Shown here: in pieces, positions 27,401 to 38,222 of the stretch
How the letters are laid out: each line of letters opens with the position of its first letter
Position numbering within the stretch: position 1 is the stretch's first letter
DNA from: Bacilli bacterium
GTDB taxonomy: Bacteria > Bacillota_I > Bacilli_A > RF39 > UBA660
Assembly (NCBI GenBank): GCA_022795155.1
Contig: JAAWGF010000001.1
Coordinates: forward strand, 4,533 to 68,532
Direction: 5' to 3'
DNA length: 64,000 nt
Notes under the pieces: model-generated
Told to the model about the DNA's origin: nothing
The model's input: the letters and a program-made list of their open reading frames with translations, nothing else
Database searches by the model: none
Position numbers and translations under genes: made by a program

Positions 27401-29246
27401 ATGGCAATTGAACAATATACAGAAAATTTAACATTAAGTGAAATGAAATGTCATATAGGAAAAAATAATTTCGGGTATATTTATCCACAAGGCGATGTTT
27501 CAGATATAGATAAGATTGAAAGTTGCTGGTAGCAAACCAAAGGAATGTCCGATTGAACATTATTTACCAAAAGGAAAAGGTAAAGCAAAACCAGAATTTA
27601 TAATAACATTTGATAAAAATATTAACACTATTATAGTAGTTGAATGTAAAAATAATGTTTCAAAACATGCATCAAATGATTTAGGACATCCTGCTAGTTA
27701 TTCAATCGATGGTGTATTATATTATGCAAAATTTTTGAAAAATGAATATAATGTTATAGCTGTAGCAATAAGTGGAACAAAAAAAGAAACAATGAAAGTT
27801 GACATTTTTTATTGGGCTCAAAATCACTCTTATTATACAGAATTAAAAAAAGCTAAAGATATTATTTTAGAACCAGAAAATTATATTAAACTAGTAAATG
27901 GTGAAAAGCTACAGAAAGAATATTCATTAGAAGATATTAGAAATACAGCTTTAGAGATGCATGATACTTTAAGAGAAATTAAAGTATCGGAAAAACATAA
28001 ACCTATTTTTATTGCAGGAATATTAATAGCATTAGAAGATAAGTCTTTTAGTACTGAATACTCTAAATATACAACATTTGGCAGCGTCATGTTAAATTTG
28101 AATCATGCTATTGAAATGACATTGAATAATAGCGATATAAAAAAGATAAAATAGATAATATTAAAAATGCTTTTTCAATTATAGAAAGTAATGAAAAACT
28201 TAAATCAATACCTCTTGGGCATAGAAATTCTATTACTTGGTACATAGAACAGCTTGAAATGAAAATTAAGCCAATGATGAATTATGCTGATGCTAGTTTA
28301 GATGCATTAGGGGTTTTTATCATGCGTTTGTTAAATATAGTGGTGGTGATGGGAAAGGCTTAGGTATAGTGTTAACTCCACAGCATTTAACAGAATTTAT
28401 GTGTGAACTCGCTGTGGTTAATAAAAATAGTAGAGTTGTTGATATATGTTGTGGTGGTGGCTCTTTTCTTGTTAGTGCAATGATAAAGATGTTTAGAGGT
28501 GCTAATCAAGAAGAAATTTTGAGAATTAAACAAGATGGTTTATATGGTGTGGAATTAGATGTTGAATTGTTTACATTAGCTATTGCTAATATGATTATAA
28601 GAAGAGATGGTAAATCTAATATTTATCATGGTGATTGTTTTAATGAAAAAATTGGAAAAGAATTAAAAAATAAAAATATTAACATTGTATTTATTAATCC
28701 TCCATACGCTCAAAAAGATATTTGTGAATTAGAATTTGTTGAAAAAATGTTAGATATACTTACAATAGGTGGCATAGGTGTTGCAGTAGTGCCAATGAGT
28801 AGTGCAATTGGTACCAAATTTAAATATGTAAGGGAAAGATTAATGGAACACAACAAATTGTTATCTGTTTTTTCAATGACTGACGACATATTTTATCCAA
28901 CAGGCACTAATACTTGTGTAATGGTTTAGTAGGCACATGTTTCAAATGATATAAACGAAGAAACTTTTTTTGATATTATAAGGAAGATGGTTTTGTTAAA
29001 AAGAAAAAACTTGGTCGCATAGATGCATACAATAGATGGAATGACACCATGAAGAAATGGCTAGATTTATATAAGCATAAAAAAGTAATCTCAGGTTTAT
29101 CAGCACTGGAATGCGTTGATTGGAAAGATGAATGGTTATGTGAAGCATATATGGAAACTGATTATTCTTCACTTTGCGAAAGTGATTTTCAAGAAACTAT
29201 AAATAATTATTTTTCTAGTTATATAAAGAATGGTGACATAAAATGA
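27401..29246 (+). pseudogene. BcgI-A-like Type IIB restriction-modification subunit (nuclease + N6-adenine methyltransferase), disrupted by at least 4 frameshifts and 2 in-frame stops
   Basis: The fragments 27401-27532, 27516-28154, about 28143-28318, 28369-28929 and about 28972-29246 together rebuild one protein collinear with 23345..25717 (KPEF...VVECK, DICCGGGSF, FINPPY, DEWLCEAYMETDY). Confidence 0.75.
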
Positions 29247-30216
29247 AGCCATACGGATATAAAAAATTTTTAATTAAGGATATTTTTAATATTGATACTG
29301 TTAAAGATCTAATTTATTATACATTGATTGCGGGAAAATATAATGTTATAGGTGATGGGATTGAGAATAATGGTATAACTGCAACAACAGTTAAATTAGA
29401 TAATTATAAATTATATGATGCTAGAAAAACGATTGCATTAGCAAATAGAGGTAATTTTTTTGCTTCTGTTCAAATAACTGGTTTTTATATTGGTACTAGA
29501 GTTAAAGCATTGACTGAAAAATTTCTTTCAAACAAGTATATTTTATTGTATATAGCAACAATTATAAATAAAGAAAAATTTAAATATTCTTATGGAAGAA
29601 ATGCTTGTGATAAAATAGGTGATATTGAGATATTGCTCCCAATAAAAGAGAATAATGAACTTGATATTACTTATATGGAAAAATATATAAAAACTATATA
29701 TAATGGGAATTTAATAAAAACAAATAATATATCAAACGTGATGGATTTAAAAAATACTACTTGGAAACAATTTAAAATAACAGATTCGTTTAAAATTGTT
29801 AGAACAAAGCCAACAACAATTGAAGAATTAGAAGAATATGGATTAGGGGATTATCCATATATAACAACTCAATCTACAAATAACGGAGTTGCAGGTAAGT
29901 ACAACTTTTTTACAGAAGAGGGTAATGTATTAACAATTGATAGTGCTGTAGTTGGTTATTGTACTTATCAGGAAAAAAGTTTTAGTGCAAGTGATCATAT
30001 TGAAAAATTAATACCAAAATTTAAATTGAATAAATATATAGCGCTATTTTTGGCTACTATAATTAATTTTCAAAACTATAAATATTCATATGGTAGAAAA
30101 TTTAATCAAAATCAAATAAAAAATACTGAACTTTTTTTGCCAAGTAAAAATGAATCCCGGATTTTGATTATATGGAAAGATATATAAAGTCATTACCATA
30201 TTTTGGTAAAATTTAA
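29243..30216 (+). pseudogene. BcgI-B / HsdS-like specificity subunit with two TRDs, with a frameshift near the 3' end
   Basis: Two TRDs, each ending (F/Y)KYSYGR. The last 20 codons (PDFDYMERYIKSLPYFGKI*) are in a different frame from about 30157 on. ATGA overlap with the A subunit. Confidence 0.7.
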
Positions 30217-30243
30217 GAACATCACATTTATGTTCTTTTTTGT
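30215..30243 (+). terminator. intrinsic terminator
   Basis: AAGAACAT / ATGTTCTT 8-bp stem followed by a T run. Confidence 0.6.
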
Positions 30244-30323
30244 TTAGTGAATATATTAAATTAAAAATTACTTTGTAGCACCTATTAAAAAGAAACATAT
30301 TATGTAGTATGAGGTGAATAAGA

Positions 30324-31121
30324 TTGAATTGGTTTGAAAATTTAAATCCAGTAATCCAAGCACTACTTGCAACTATTTTTACTTGGGGTGTAACAGCACT
30401 AGGAGCATTGGTAGTATGTTTCTTTAAAAACGTTAATAAAAAAGTATTAAATACAATTCTAGGTTTTAGTGCTGGAATAATGATAGCAGCGTCCTTTTGG
30501 TCTTTACTGTCTCCTGCTATCGACTTATCTATAGAGTTAGATTATATTGCGTGGTTATTGCCAATGATTGGTTTTATTGTCGGAGGTTTATTTGTTTTAT
30601 TATCTGATCGCTTTTTAGATAAAGTACTTAAAAATAAAAATAATTTACAAAATTCTGCTTCATTAAAGAGAAGTATTCTTTTAGTATCAGCAATTACTAT
30701 TCATAATATTCCAGAAGGTATGGCTGTAGGAGTTGCCTTTGGTGGTATCGCTAGTGGTGTTTCGGGAATGACTTTAATAGGTGCAATTATGTTAGCTATT
30801 GGTATAGGCATTCAAAACTTTCCAGAGGGTGCTGCAGTTTCACTACCACTTAGGAATGAAGGTTTTTCTAGGACTAAAAGTTTTATGTTTGGGCAAGCAT
30901 CGGCATTAGTTGAACCTATATCTGCAATAATTGGTGTGGTATTAGTTTTAACTATTAGGGGAATTTTACCGTTTTTACTAGCTTTTGCTGCTGGCGCTAT
31001 GATTACAGTAGCTGCTAGAGAGTTATTACCAGAATCTGTTAAAGAAAACAAAAATTTATCAACGTTAGGACTAATAGTAGGTTTTACAATAATGATGGTT
31101 TTGGATGTTGCTTTAGGTTAA
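30324..31121 (+). CDS. ZIP-family divalent metal (zinc) transporter
   Basis: TTG start after GAGGTG. HNIPEGMAVG and QNFPEGAAVS signature helices. Confidence 0.85.
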   Translation: MNWFENLNPVIQALLATIFTWGVTALGALVVCFFKNVNKKVLNTILGFSAGIMIAASFWSLLSPAIDLSIELDYIAWLLPMIGFIVGGLFVLLSDRFLDKVLKNKNNLQNSASLKRSILLVSAITIHNIPEGMAVGVAFGGIASGVSGMTLIGAIMLAIGIGIQNFPEGAAVSLPLRNEGFSRTKSFMFGQASALVEPISAIIGVVLVLTIRGILPFLLAFAAGAMITVAARELLPESVKENKNLSTLGLIVGFTIMMVLDVALG

Positions 31122-31228
31122 ATAATGAAGTTATTATACTTCGTTTTTTCTTATTTGCCAATATTAAAAAAAAGTGTTATAATTTTTTAGTATAAGAATA
31201 ATAGTTAATATAGATTAGAGGTATATAG

Positions 31229-32986
31229 ATGGCAAAAAAGGTTAAAAAAATTAATCCTAAAACAAAAAAGATGATAAATACTATAAGTTCACTTTTATAT
31301 TTTATCTTTTGTTTTATAGCTTTATTACTTACTATAAATATTTTTAAATTGAATATGCTACCATTTAAAATTACTTTTTTAATATTTACATTTGGTATTA
31401 TTAGTATTTTAATTTTTGGTTTATTATGTTTGCATAAGAAAATAAAGTGGAAAATTAAAATTGTCAGTGATATAATTGTCTTAATTTTATCATTAATATT
31501 ATTTTTTGCTAATCATTATATTGATAGAACAATATCGTTTTTTAGAAGTATAACAGGTAGTAATTATGAAGTTGAAAATTATTATGTGTTGGTTCTAAAG
31601 GAAAGTGATTTTTCGAACGAAAAAGATTTATTAGATAAAAAGGTTGGATATGTTAGTAAATTAGGTAATAATGATAAAGCTTTAGAAGAATTAAAGAATA
31701 AAGTGGTATTTGAAACGGTTGATAATAAAAGTATTTTTGATTTAGGAAATGCTTTGTTAAAAAAGCAAAATGACGCAATCCTATTAGCTGATTATCATAA
31801 GGCTATTTTAGATGAGCAAATTGAGGATTTTGATGATAAAGTAAAAATTATTTATCAGTTTTCAATAAAGAAAGAAACTAAGGTTGAATCAAATTCTGTT
31901 AATGTTACAAAGGATTCATTTAATATATTTTTAAGTGGGATTGATACTTATGGAGAGATTGATTCAATAGCCAGAAGTGATGTTAATATGATAATAACAA
32001 TTAATCCTGTAACAAAACAAGTTTTATTAACATCAATTCCTAGAGATTATTATGTAAGTCTTTCTTGCTATAATGAAAAGGATAAACTTACACATGCTGG
32101 AATGTATGGTATTGATTGTTCAATTGGTACAATCGAAAATTTACTTGGTATAGATATTAATTATTATGTTCGTGTTAATTTTTCATCATTAATTAACCTT
32201 GTAGATGTTTTAGGTGGTGTAGAAGTATATTCTGATTATACGTTTAATACTTATGGTTATCAGTTTAATAAAGGTTATAATTATGTAAATGGAAAATATG
32301 CATTAGCGTTTTCTAGGGCACGTTATAATTTTGCTGATGGGGATAGACAGCGAGTAAAAAATCAGCAAGCTGTTATAACAGCTATTGCGAATAAGGCGAT
32401 GAGTCCCGCAATTTTAAGTAAATATACAAATATTTTAGATGCTTTAAAGGATTCTTTCCAAACTAATATGGGAATGTCAGATATTCAAGAATTGGCTAAA
32501 TTTCAAATTGATAAAATGCCAAAGTGGAAGATAGCTTCAATTAGTTTAAATGGTAGTGATTCAGAAAATTATACTTATAGTTATGGCACACAAAAGTTGT
32601 ATGTAATGGAACCTGATATTTTAACAGTTGATTATGCCCATGAAACAATTAATAAGGTTATGAAGGGCGAGGCTATTGATGTTGCTAATACTGAAACAAA
32701 ACCTGTTTCTAGTAATAATCAAGTGATAAATAAGACGACAACAACAACTTCAATAAAATCAACAACGACAACTAAAACAACAACAACGATAACAACAACT
32801 AAAAAGGAAGAAAATAAAACTGACAACAACTCAAATAATAATGGTGATAATTTTGATCATGAAGATAATAATCAGGGGAATAATCAAGATAATAAACCAG
32901 ATAATGAGGAAGATATAAAACAAGATGACGATGAAGAAAAGAAAGATTCAGAAAATATTGATGATAAAAAACAGGATGATGATTGA
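31229..32986 (+). CDS. LytR-CpsA-Psr (LCP) family cell-wall glycopolymer transferase with a low-complexity C-terminal tail
   Basis: N-terminal TM segments. LCP core GIDTYGE...RSDVNMIITINP...TSIPRDYYV...ARYNFADGDRQR. The C-terminus is Thr-rich and then Asp/Asn-rich. Confidence 0.85.
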   Translation: MAKKVKKINPKTKKMINTISSLLYFIFCFIALLLTINIFKLNMLPFKITFLIFTFGIISILIFGLLCLHKKIKWKIKIVSDIIVLILSLILFFANHYIDRTISFFRSITGSNYEVENYYVLVLKESDFSNEKDLLDKKVGYVSKLGNNDKALEELKNKVVFETVDNKSIFDLGNALLKKQNDAILLADYHKAILDEQIEDFDDKVKIIYQFSIKKETKVESNSVNVTKDSFNIFLSGIDTYGEIDSIARSDVNMIITINPVTKQVLLTSIPRDYYVSLSCYNEKDKLTHAGMYGIDCSIGTIENLLGIDINYYVRVNFSSLINLVDVLGGVEVYSDYTFNTYGYQFNKGYNYVNGKYALAFSRARYNFADGDRQRVKNQQAVITAIANKAMSPAILSKYTNILDALKDSFQTNMGMSDIQELAKFQIDKMPKWKIASISLNGSDSENYTYSYGTQKLYVMEPDILTVDYAHETINKVMKGEAIDVANTETKPVSSNNQVINKTTTTTSIKSTTTTKTTTTITTTKKEENKTDNNSNNNGDNFDHEDNNQGNNQDNKPDNEEDIKQDDDEEKKDSENIDDKKQDDD

Positions 32987-33048
32987 AAATAAATTAAAAG
33001 AAATTTGCTTTTTTCTTTTTTTTTGTTATAATTGAATAAGGTGATTCT

Positions 33049-35571
33049 ATGCAAGATATATTAAAGCGAATTTATAATTATTCACTAGAGGAAATTATGG
33101 GGGTTAGATTTGGTGAGTATGCTAAATCAATTATTCAGGAGCGAGCATTACCTGATGTTCGTGACGGGTTAAAACCAGTTCAGAGACGAATATTATATGG
33201 TATGTATCGTGATAAGAATACTTATGATAAAGCTTATAAAAAATCCGCAAAGACGGTTGGAAATGTTATGGGACAATATCATCCACATGGGGACTCTAGT
33301 ATTTATGAAGCAATGGTTAGAATGAGTCAGTGGTGGAAGCAGAATGCGATTACAATCGATATGCATGGTAATAATGGTTCGATGGATGGCGATAGTGCAG
33401 CAGCTATGCGTTATACTGAAGCTAGACTTTCAAAAATTAGTAATGAATTATTAAAGGATATTGATAAAGATACGATTTTGTGGACTTGGAATTATGATGA
33501 TACTTTATTAGAACCAACTGTTTTACCAGCCAAGTTCCCTAATTTATTGGTTAATGGTTCAACAGGAATTAGTGCTGGTTATGCGACTAATATACCTCCT
33601 CATAATTTAGGTGAAATTATTGATGCCACTATTCTATTAATGGATAATCCTGAAGCTACATTAGAAGATGTTATGAAAATTGTAAAGGGCCCAGATTTTC
33701 CAACTGGTGGAATTGTTGAAGGTATAAACGGTATTAAAGATTCATTTAAAACGGGGCGAGGAAAAATTGTTGTTAAATCTAAATATGTAGTTGAACAAAA
33801 TAAAGGGAAAAAACAAATTATTATTACAGAAATACCTTTTGATGTAAATAAAGCAACTTTGGTAAAGAAAATTGATGATATTAGAATTGATAAAAAGGTT
33901 GATGGAATTGTTGAAGTTAGGGATGAATCTAATTTAGACAATCCTGAGACAATTGTTATCGATTTAAAAAAAGATTCTAATAGCGATTTAATTATAAATT
34001 ATTTGTTAAAAAATACAGAAATGCAAATTACTTATAATTATAACATGGTTTCGATTGTTAATAATCGTCCAATGACGCTTGGCCTTGTAGAGATTTTAAA
34101 TGCATATGTTAATCATCAAAAAGATGTTATTACCAAAAGAACGCAATTTGATTTAGAGCATGCTAAAGCTAGAATGCATATTGTTGAAGGTTTAATAAAA
34201 GCGTTATCTATATTAGATGAAATTATTGCTTTAATTAGAGCTAGTAAAAATAAAAGTGATTCAATTAAAAATTTAGTTGAAAGATTTGAATTTACTGAAA
34301 AGCAAGCAACAGCAATTGTTGATTTACAACTATATCGTTTAAGTAATACTGATGTTAATGATTTAATTGAGGAACAAAAAAATTTAAAAAAATTAATTAA
34401 AGCTTTAGAGAGTATTTTAGCTGATAATAAAAAATTAATGGATGTTATTAGAGCGGAATTAATGCGTATTAAAGATGAATATAGTATACCAAGAAAAACA
34501 GTTATTAAAGATGAAATTACAGAAATTAAGATAGATGCTACTAATCTTATGCCTAAAGAAGACTGTGTTGTAGTTGTGACGCATGATGGTTATGTGAAGA
34601 GGACATCTTTAAGAAGTTATAATTCAAGTGATGATAATTCTATAACTCTAAAAGATGGGGATTATGTTTTGGGTCAATTTGAAGTAAATACAATGAATAC
34701 GATTTTAATTTTTACAGATTTAGGGAATTATTTATATGTACCAGTTTATGAGTTGCCTGATTTGAAATGGAAGGAATTAGGTAAACATATTAGCAATATT
34801 ATTAAATTAGGTGAGGGCGAGAATATTATTAGTTCATATCCTATTTATGATTTTAATATTGATAGTTTCATTACTATTTTTACACATGATGGTATGGTAA
34901 AACGAACTAAACTAAGCGATTTTAAGATTCAACGATATTCCAAACCAATAACATGTATGAAATTAAAGGATGCGGATAAAGTTGTGTCTGTTTGTATGAG
35001 TAGTGAAAATAATGTTTTTATTTCAACATTTAATGGATATGGATTACGTTATAAGTTAGAAGAAATTCCTGTTGTTGGTTTAAAGGCAAGTGGTGTTAAG
35101 GCCATTAATTTAAAAAATGATTATGTTGTAAATGGCGAAGTGTTTGATCAAAATCATTATGATTATTTAACGCTTATTACTAATAAAAATACGGTTAAAC
35201 GTATTCATTTAAACCAATTTGATTATATTAGTAGAGCTAAAAAAGGTGTACAAATTATTAGAGAGGTTAAGACAAATCCTTATAATGTATTAAAAACTTT
35301 TATTACAAATAATAAGGATTCATTAGGAATTAAAACCCGAGACGATATATTATTATTTAAAATGACAGAGATTCCTATTTTGGATAGATATTCAACTGGA
35401 ACTGTTATTTGTAAGGGTAATATAGTTGATGTGTTTAAAAATTTTAAGGTTATTACAAAAGAAACAAAGCTTGATAGTGAAATGGTAGATAATAAAACAA
35501 ACACAACCTTAGACAATATTGATAATCAAATAATGACAATTGATGATTTTCTAGATGATTTTAAAATATAA
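33049..35571 (+). CDS. parC: DNA topoisomerase IV subunit A
   Basis: RALPDVRDGLKPVQRRILY. QYHPHGDSSIYEAMVRMSQWW is the ParC-type QRDR. No GyrA box is visible in the C-terminal domain. Confidence 0.88.
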   Translation: MQDILKRIYNYSLEEIMGVRFGEYAKSIIQERALPDVRDGLKPVQRRILYGMYRDKNTYDKAYKKSAKTVGNVMGQYHPHGDSSIYEAMVRMSQWWKQNAITIDMHGNNGSMDGDSAAAMRYTEARLSKISNELLKDIDKDTILWTWNYDDTLLEPTVLPAKFPNLLVNGSTGISAGYATNIPPHNLGEIIDATILLMDNPEATLEDVMKIVKGPDFPTGGIVEGINGIKDSFKTGRGKIVVKSKYVVEQNKGKKQIIITEIPFDVNKATLVKKIDDIRIDKKVDGIVEVRDESNLDNPETIVIDLKKDSNSDLIINYLLKNTEMQITYNYNMVSIVNNRPMTLGLVEILNAYVNHQKDVITKRTQFDLEHAKARMHIVEGLIKALSILDEIIALIRASKNKSDSIKNLVERFEFTEKQATAIVDLQLYRLSNTDVNDLIEEQKNLKKLIKALESILADNKKLMDVIRAELMRIKDEYSIPRKTVIKDEITEIKIDATNLMPKEDCVVVVTHDGYVKRTSLRSYNSSDDNSITLKDGDYVLGQFEVNTMNTILIFTDLGNYLYVPVYELPDLKWKELGKHISNIIKLGEGENIISSYPIYDFNIDSFITIFTHDGMVKRTKLSDFKIQRYSKPITCMKLKDADKVVSVCMSSENNVFISTFNGYGLRYKLEEIPVVGLKASGVKAINLKNDYVVNGEVFDQNHYDYLTLITNKNTVKRIHLNQFDYISRAKKGVQIIREVKTNPYNVLKTFITNNKDSLGIKTRDDILLFKMTEIPILDRYSTGTVICKGNIVDVFKNFKVITKETKLDSEMVDNKTNTTLDNIDNQIMTIDDFLDDFKI

Positions 35572-35694
35572 TCAAAAAATAAAAAAAAAGTAAAAAAATA
35601 GTTTTACTTTTTAAAAAATTATGATATACTGTATATGATATTTATGCTAGAGTATGTTATTTTGCTCTAAGTAATAGTAAAGAGGGGAAAGAAT

Positions 35695-36864
35695 ATGGAT
35701 AAAGGATTAGAATTTATGGATACTAAAGATAATAATGTATTAGATGAAAAAGAAAATAATGTATTAAAAGAAAATGATTTCTATGATAAAGAAATTATGG
35801 AGATTGATAATGGAGCTAATTTATTAGATGATGACTTTGATTCAATTGGTGAAGAACTAAATAATGATAATTTCTCGGCTTTTGTTAGTTCAAGTAAGGA
35901 TGATGATTTAAAACCAGTAGAATTTGAACAACCTGTTTTAGCAGCTAGTAATAATGATGAAAGTGATAGTGTAAATAGTAATAAAACTTTAACTTCTATC
36001 AACGAAAATTCTAATAAAGATGTTCAACCAAAAGAAAGTATTGAGTCTACAAATACTTCTATTGTAGATGCTGAAAATAATGATGTTCTTTCAGATTTCG
36101 ATTCTCTATTCAATAATTTATATAGTGATGTGGTTGGAGCTAACAATTTTATTTCTAATTTAATAGAAAAAAAATCTTCCTTAAATAAAAATGAAAAATC
36201 ATTAGAAGAAATAAAAGAAAAATTTGAAAAGGAAAAAGCTGAATTTGATCGGTATGTTGCAGAACAAAGAAAATCTATTGAAAAAGAAAAACAACAGTGT
36301 GATGAGTATGTTGCAACGCAACGTCAAAGAATTGAAAGTGAAGAGGCTAAATTTAATGAAGATGTTTTGGCTAAAAATACAGAGCTTGATTTATTAGAAC
36401 AATCTTTAAATATTACGAGGGAACAATTAGAAACTGAGAAGGAACAATTTGAAGATTATAAAAAGGTTGAGGAAGAAAAAATTAGAAGTGATAAGAATAA
36501 ATTAGATACAGAAAAAAGCCAGTTTGAAAAAGAAAGAGAAATGACTCAAAAAAGCTTAAAGGAAAGACAAGATGAGTTATCTACTAAAGAACAGGAATTT
36601 GCAAAATTTAAGGATTTAGAACAATCTAAGTTGGATTCTGAAAGAGAACAATTGGATAAAGAGATTGGATTGACTCGTCAAGGTCTAGAAAACTCTAGAA
36701 AAGAATTAGATTTCAAACAAGAACAATTTGCAAAATATAAAGAAGTAGAAGAAAAGAAATTAGAGTTAGAAAATAAGAATTTGGCACAAAGTTGTGCAAG
36801 ATTCAAAACTTTGGTTTCTCAATTTAATACAAGTTTTTCACAATTACCTAATGATAAGGAATAG
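35695..36864 (+). CDS. hypothetical coiled-coil protein (acidic N-terminus, E/K-rich repeats)
   Basis: 389 aa with repeated EQF(E/A)(D/K)YK-VEE-K units. Paralogous in architecture to the next gene. Confidence 0.7.
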   Translation: MDKGLEFMDTKDNNVLDEKENNVLKENDFYDKEIMEIDNGANLLDDDFDSIGEELNNDNFSAFVSSSKDDDLKPVEFEQPVLAASNNDESDSVNSNKTLTSINENSNKDVQPKESIESTNTSIVDAENNDVLSDFDSLFNNLYSDVVGANNFISNLIEKKSSLNKNEKSLEEIKEKFEKEKAEFDRYVAEQRKSIEKEKQQCDEYVATQRQRIESEEAKFNEDVLAKNTELDLLEQSLNITREQLETEKEQFEDYKKVEEEKIRSDKNKLDTEKSQFEKEREMTQKSLKERQDELSTKEQEFAKFKDLEQSKLDSEREQLDKEIGLTRQGLENSRKELDFKQEQFAKYKEVEEKKLELENKNLAQSCARFKTLVSQFNTSFSQLPNDKE

Positions 36865-36868
36865 TTAA

Positions 36869-37576
36869 ATGTCTTTAAATGATGTTCAAGAAAATGTATC
36901 TAATGATAGTGAAATTGATTTAGATAAGGATTTTGTTATTGATAATAGTTTAAATGATAATTCTGATGTTGGTGATATTAGCGAGGTGGAAAATACTAGT
37001 AGTAATGCTCAAAAAGGCACTATAAATATTGAGAATATTTTTGAACGTGCTAATAACAATGTTAAGGAAGCTACAAATATTTTTCAAAAAAATTTATTGT
37101 TAAAACAACAATTAGAGGAAAAAATAAAAAAATTTAATATAGATAAAAGCAATTTTGAAAAAACAAAGGAGCTTGAATACGAGAAAATAAAAGAATATAA
37201 AAAGACAGCTTATGAAAAATTGAAACAGAAAAAGATTGTTATTGAAAAAAGTATAGATGAACTTAAACAACAACAAGAGAATTTGAATGCTGAAAAAGTG
37301 GCTTTTCAAGAAAAACGTAAACAAGAATTAGAAAAAATAAAAGAAGAAAAACAAAAGAATATTTTGTTTATGAAAGAAAAGAAACAACAGCTAGAAGCTT
37401 TGGAACGTGAGTTAAAAGCTGAAAAAGAAAGTTTAAATGAAATGAAAGAGCAACTTAAATTGGATCGTATTCAATGTGAGAGTGATAAAAGTGAACTTGC
37501 TAATAATTTGATTAAGTTTAATGAATTAGTAGGCGAGTTTACAGTTGGAATTGAAAAGTTTAGTGATGAAAACTAA
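36869..37576 (+). CDS. hypothetical coiled-coil protein (paralogue of 35695..36864)
   Basis: 235 aa with the same layout: an acidic N-terminus, a coiled coil, and a C-terminal FNELVGEF motif (compare FKTLVSQF in the upstream protein). Confidence 0.7.
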   Translation: MSLNDVQENVSNDSEIDLDKDFVIDNSLNDNSDVGDISEVENTSSNAQKGTINIENIFERANNNVKEATNIFQKNLLLKQQLEEKIKKFNIDKSNFEKTKELEYEKIKEYKKTAYEKLKQKKIVIEKSIDELKQQQENLNAEKVAFQEKRKQELEKIKEEKQKNILFMKEKKQQLEALERELKAEKESLNEMKEQLKLDRIQCESDKSELANNLIKFNELVGEFTVGIEKFSDEN

Positions 37577-37677
37577 AAAAACTGTCGATTGACAGTTTTT
37601 GTTTTTTGTAAATGGTTTGTTAATTATTGACAAGGGATTTTTTAAAAGAAATACATTTCTATTTTAATAAATGTTTA

Positions 37678-38040
37678 TCAAATTAATTGATTATATATTT
37701 CTTCGATAGGTTTTAATTCTTGTTTTGAATTATAATGCGGTTTTAAATGTAGGTGATAATGCTTAACTTCTTGGACAGAACCGTTATTTTGGATTAGTGT
37801 TAATCCATCGATATGCAATTTATTGATTAATTTTTCTTCCATTTCTTTGGCTGTTTTCATAATGTGCATAAGTGTTTGAACATCAATTTCTTTTAATCCT
37901 AGGTAATGTTTTTTCGGTATTATTAATAAATGCCCATTAACATCAGGATTAATATCTAAAAAAACTTTAACAATATCATCTTCATAAATTGTATATGAAG
38001 AGATTTCCTTGTTAATTATTTTACAAAAAATGCAATCCAT
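37678..38040 (-). CDS. HIT-family (histidine triad) nucleotide hydrolase
   Basis: 120 aa starting CIFCKI, with the histidine triad HYHLHL. Confidence 0.9.
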   Translation of the reverse strand: MDCIFCKIINKEISSYTIYEDDIVKVFLDINPDVNGHLLIIPKKHYLGLKEIDVQTLMHIMKTAKEMEEKLINKLHIDGLTLIQNNGSVQEVKHYHLHLKPHYNSKQELKPIEEIYNQLI

Positions 38041-38222
38041 AATTTATTTCCTCCTTATATTAGTTATTATAGCACATATTATCTAAAAATAAAAAGAGTA
38101 ATACTCTTTTTAGTGAATACTGCAAATATTCATTTATATTATGTTATGGTTAAGAAAATCTATACACTAATTATTGTTTTTTTAATTTTTATATGTTAAT
38201 ATAAATTTATCGAGGTGGTTAT

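Noticed and set aside
27303..27560. An 85-aa minus-strand ORF overlapping the start of the second RM locus. The 70-aa minus-strand ORF at 30086..30298 is similar.
   Set aside because: Both span promoter, RBS or terminator sequences of + strand genes. They have no RBS and no recognisable family.
23345..30216. A phase-variable TRD shufflon between the two RM loci, in the style of invertible hsdS systems.
   Set aside because: All TRD-flanking conserved segments are on the same strand, no inverted TRD copies were seen, and no recombinase or invertase gene is in the window. Only deletion or gene conversion would be possible.
38092..38111. A terminator-like palindrome, AAAAGAG-TAATA-CTCTTTT, between the divergent HIT gene and the gene at 38223.
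   Set aside because: It sits upstream of both genes, so no transcript needs terminating there. The stem is short and A/T-rich, and on its own this is not enough to call an sRNA or attenuator.
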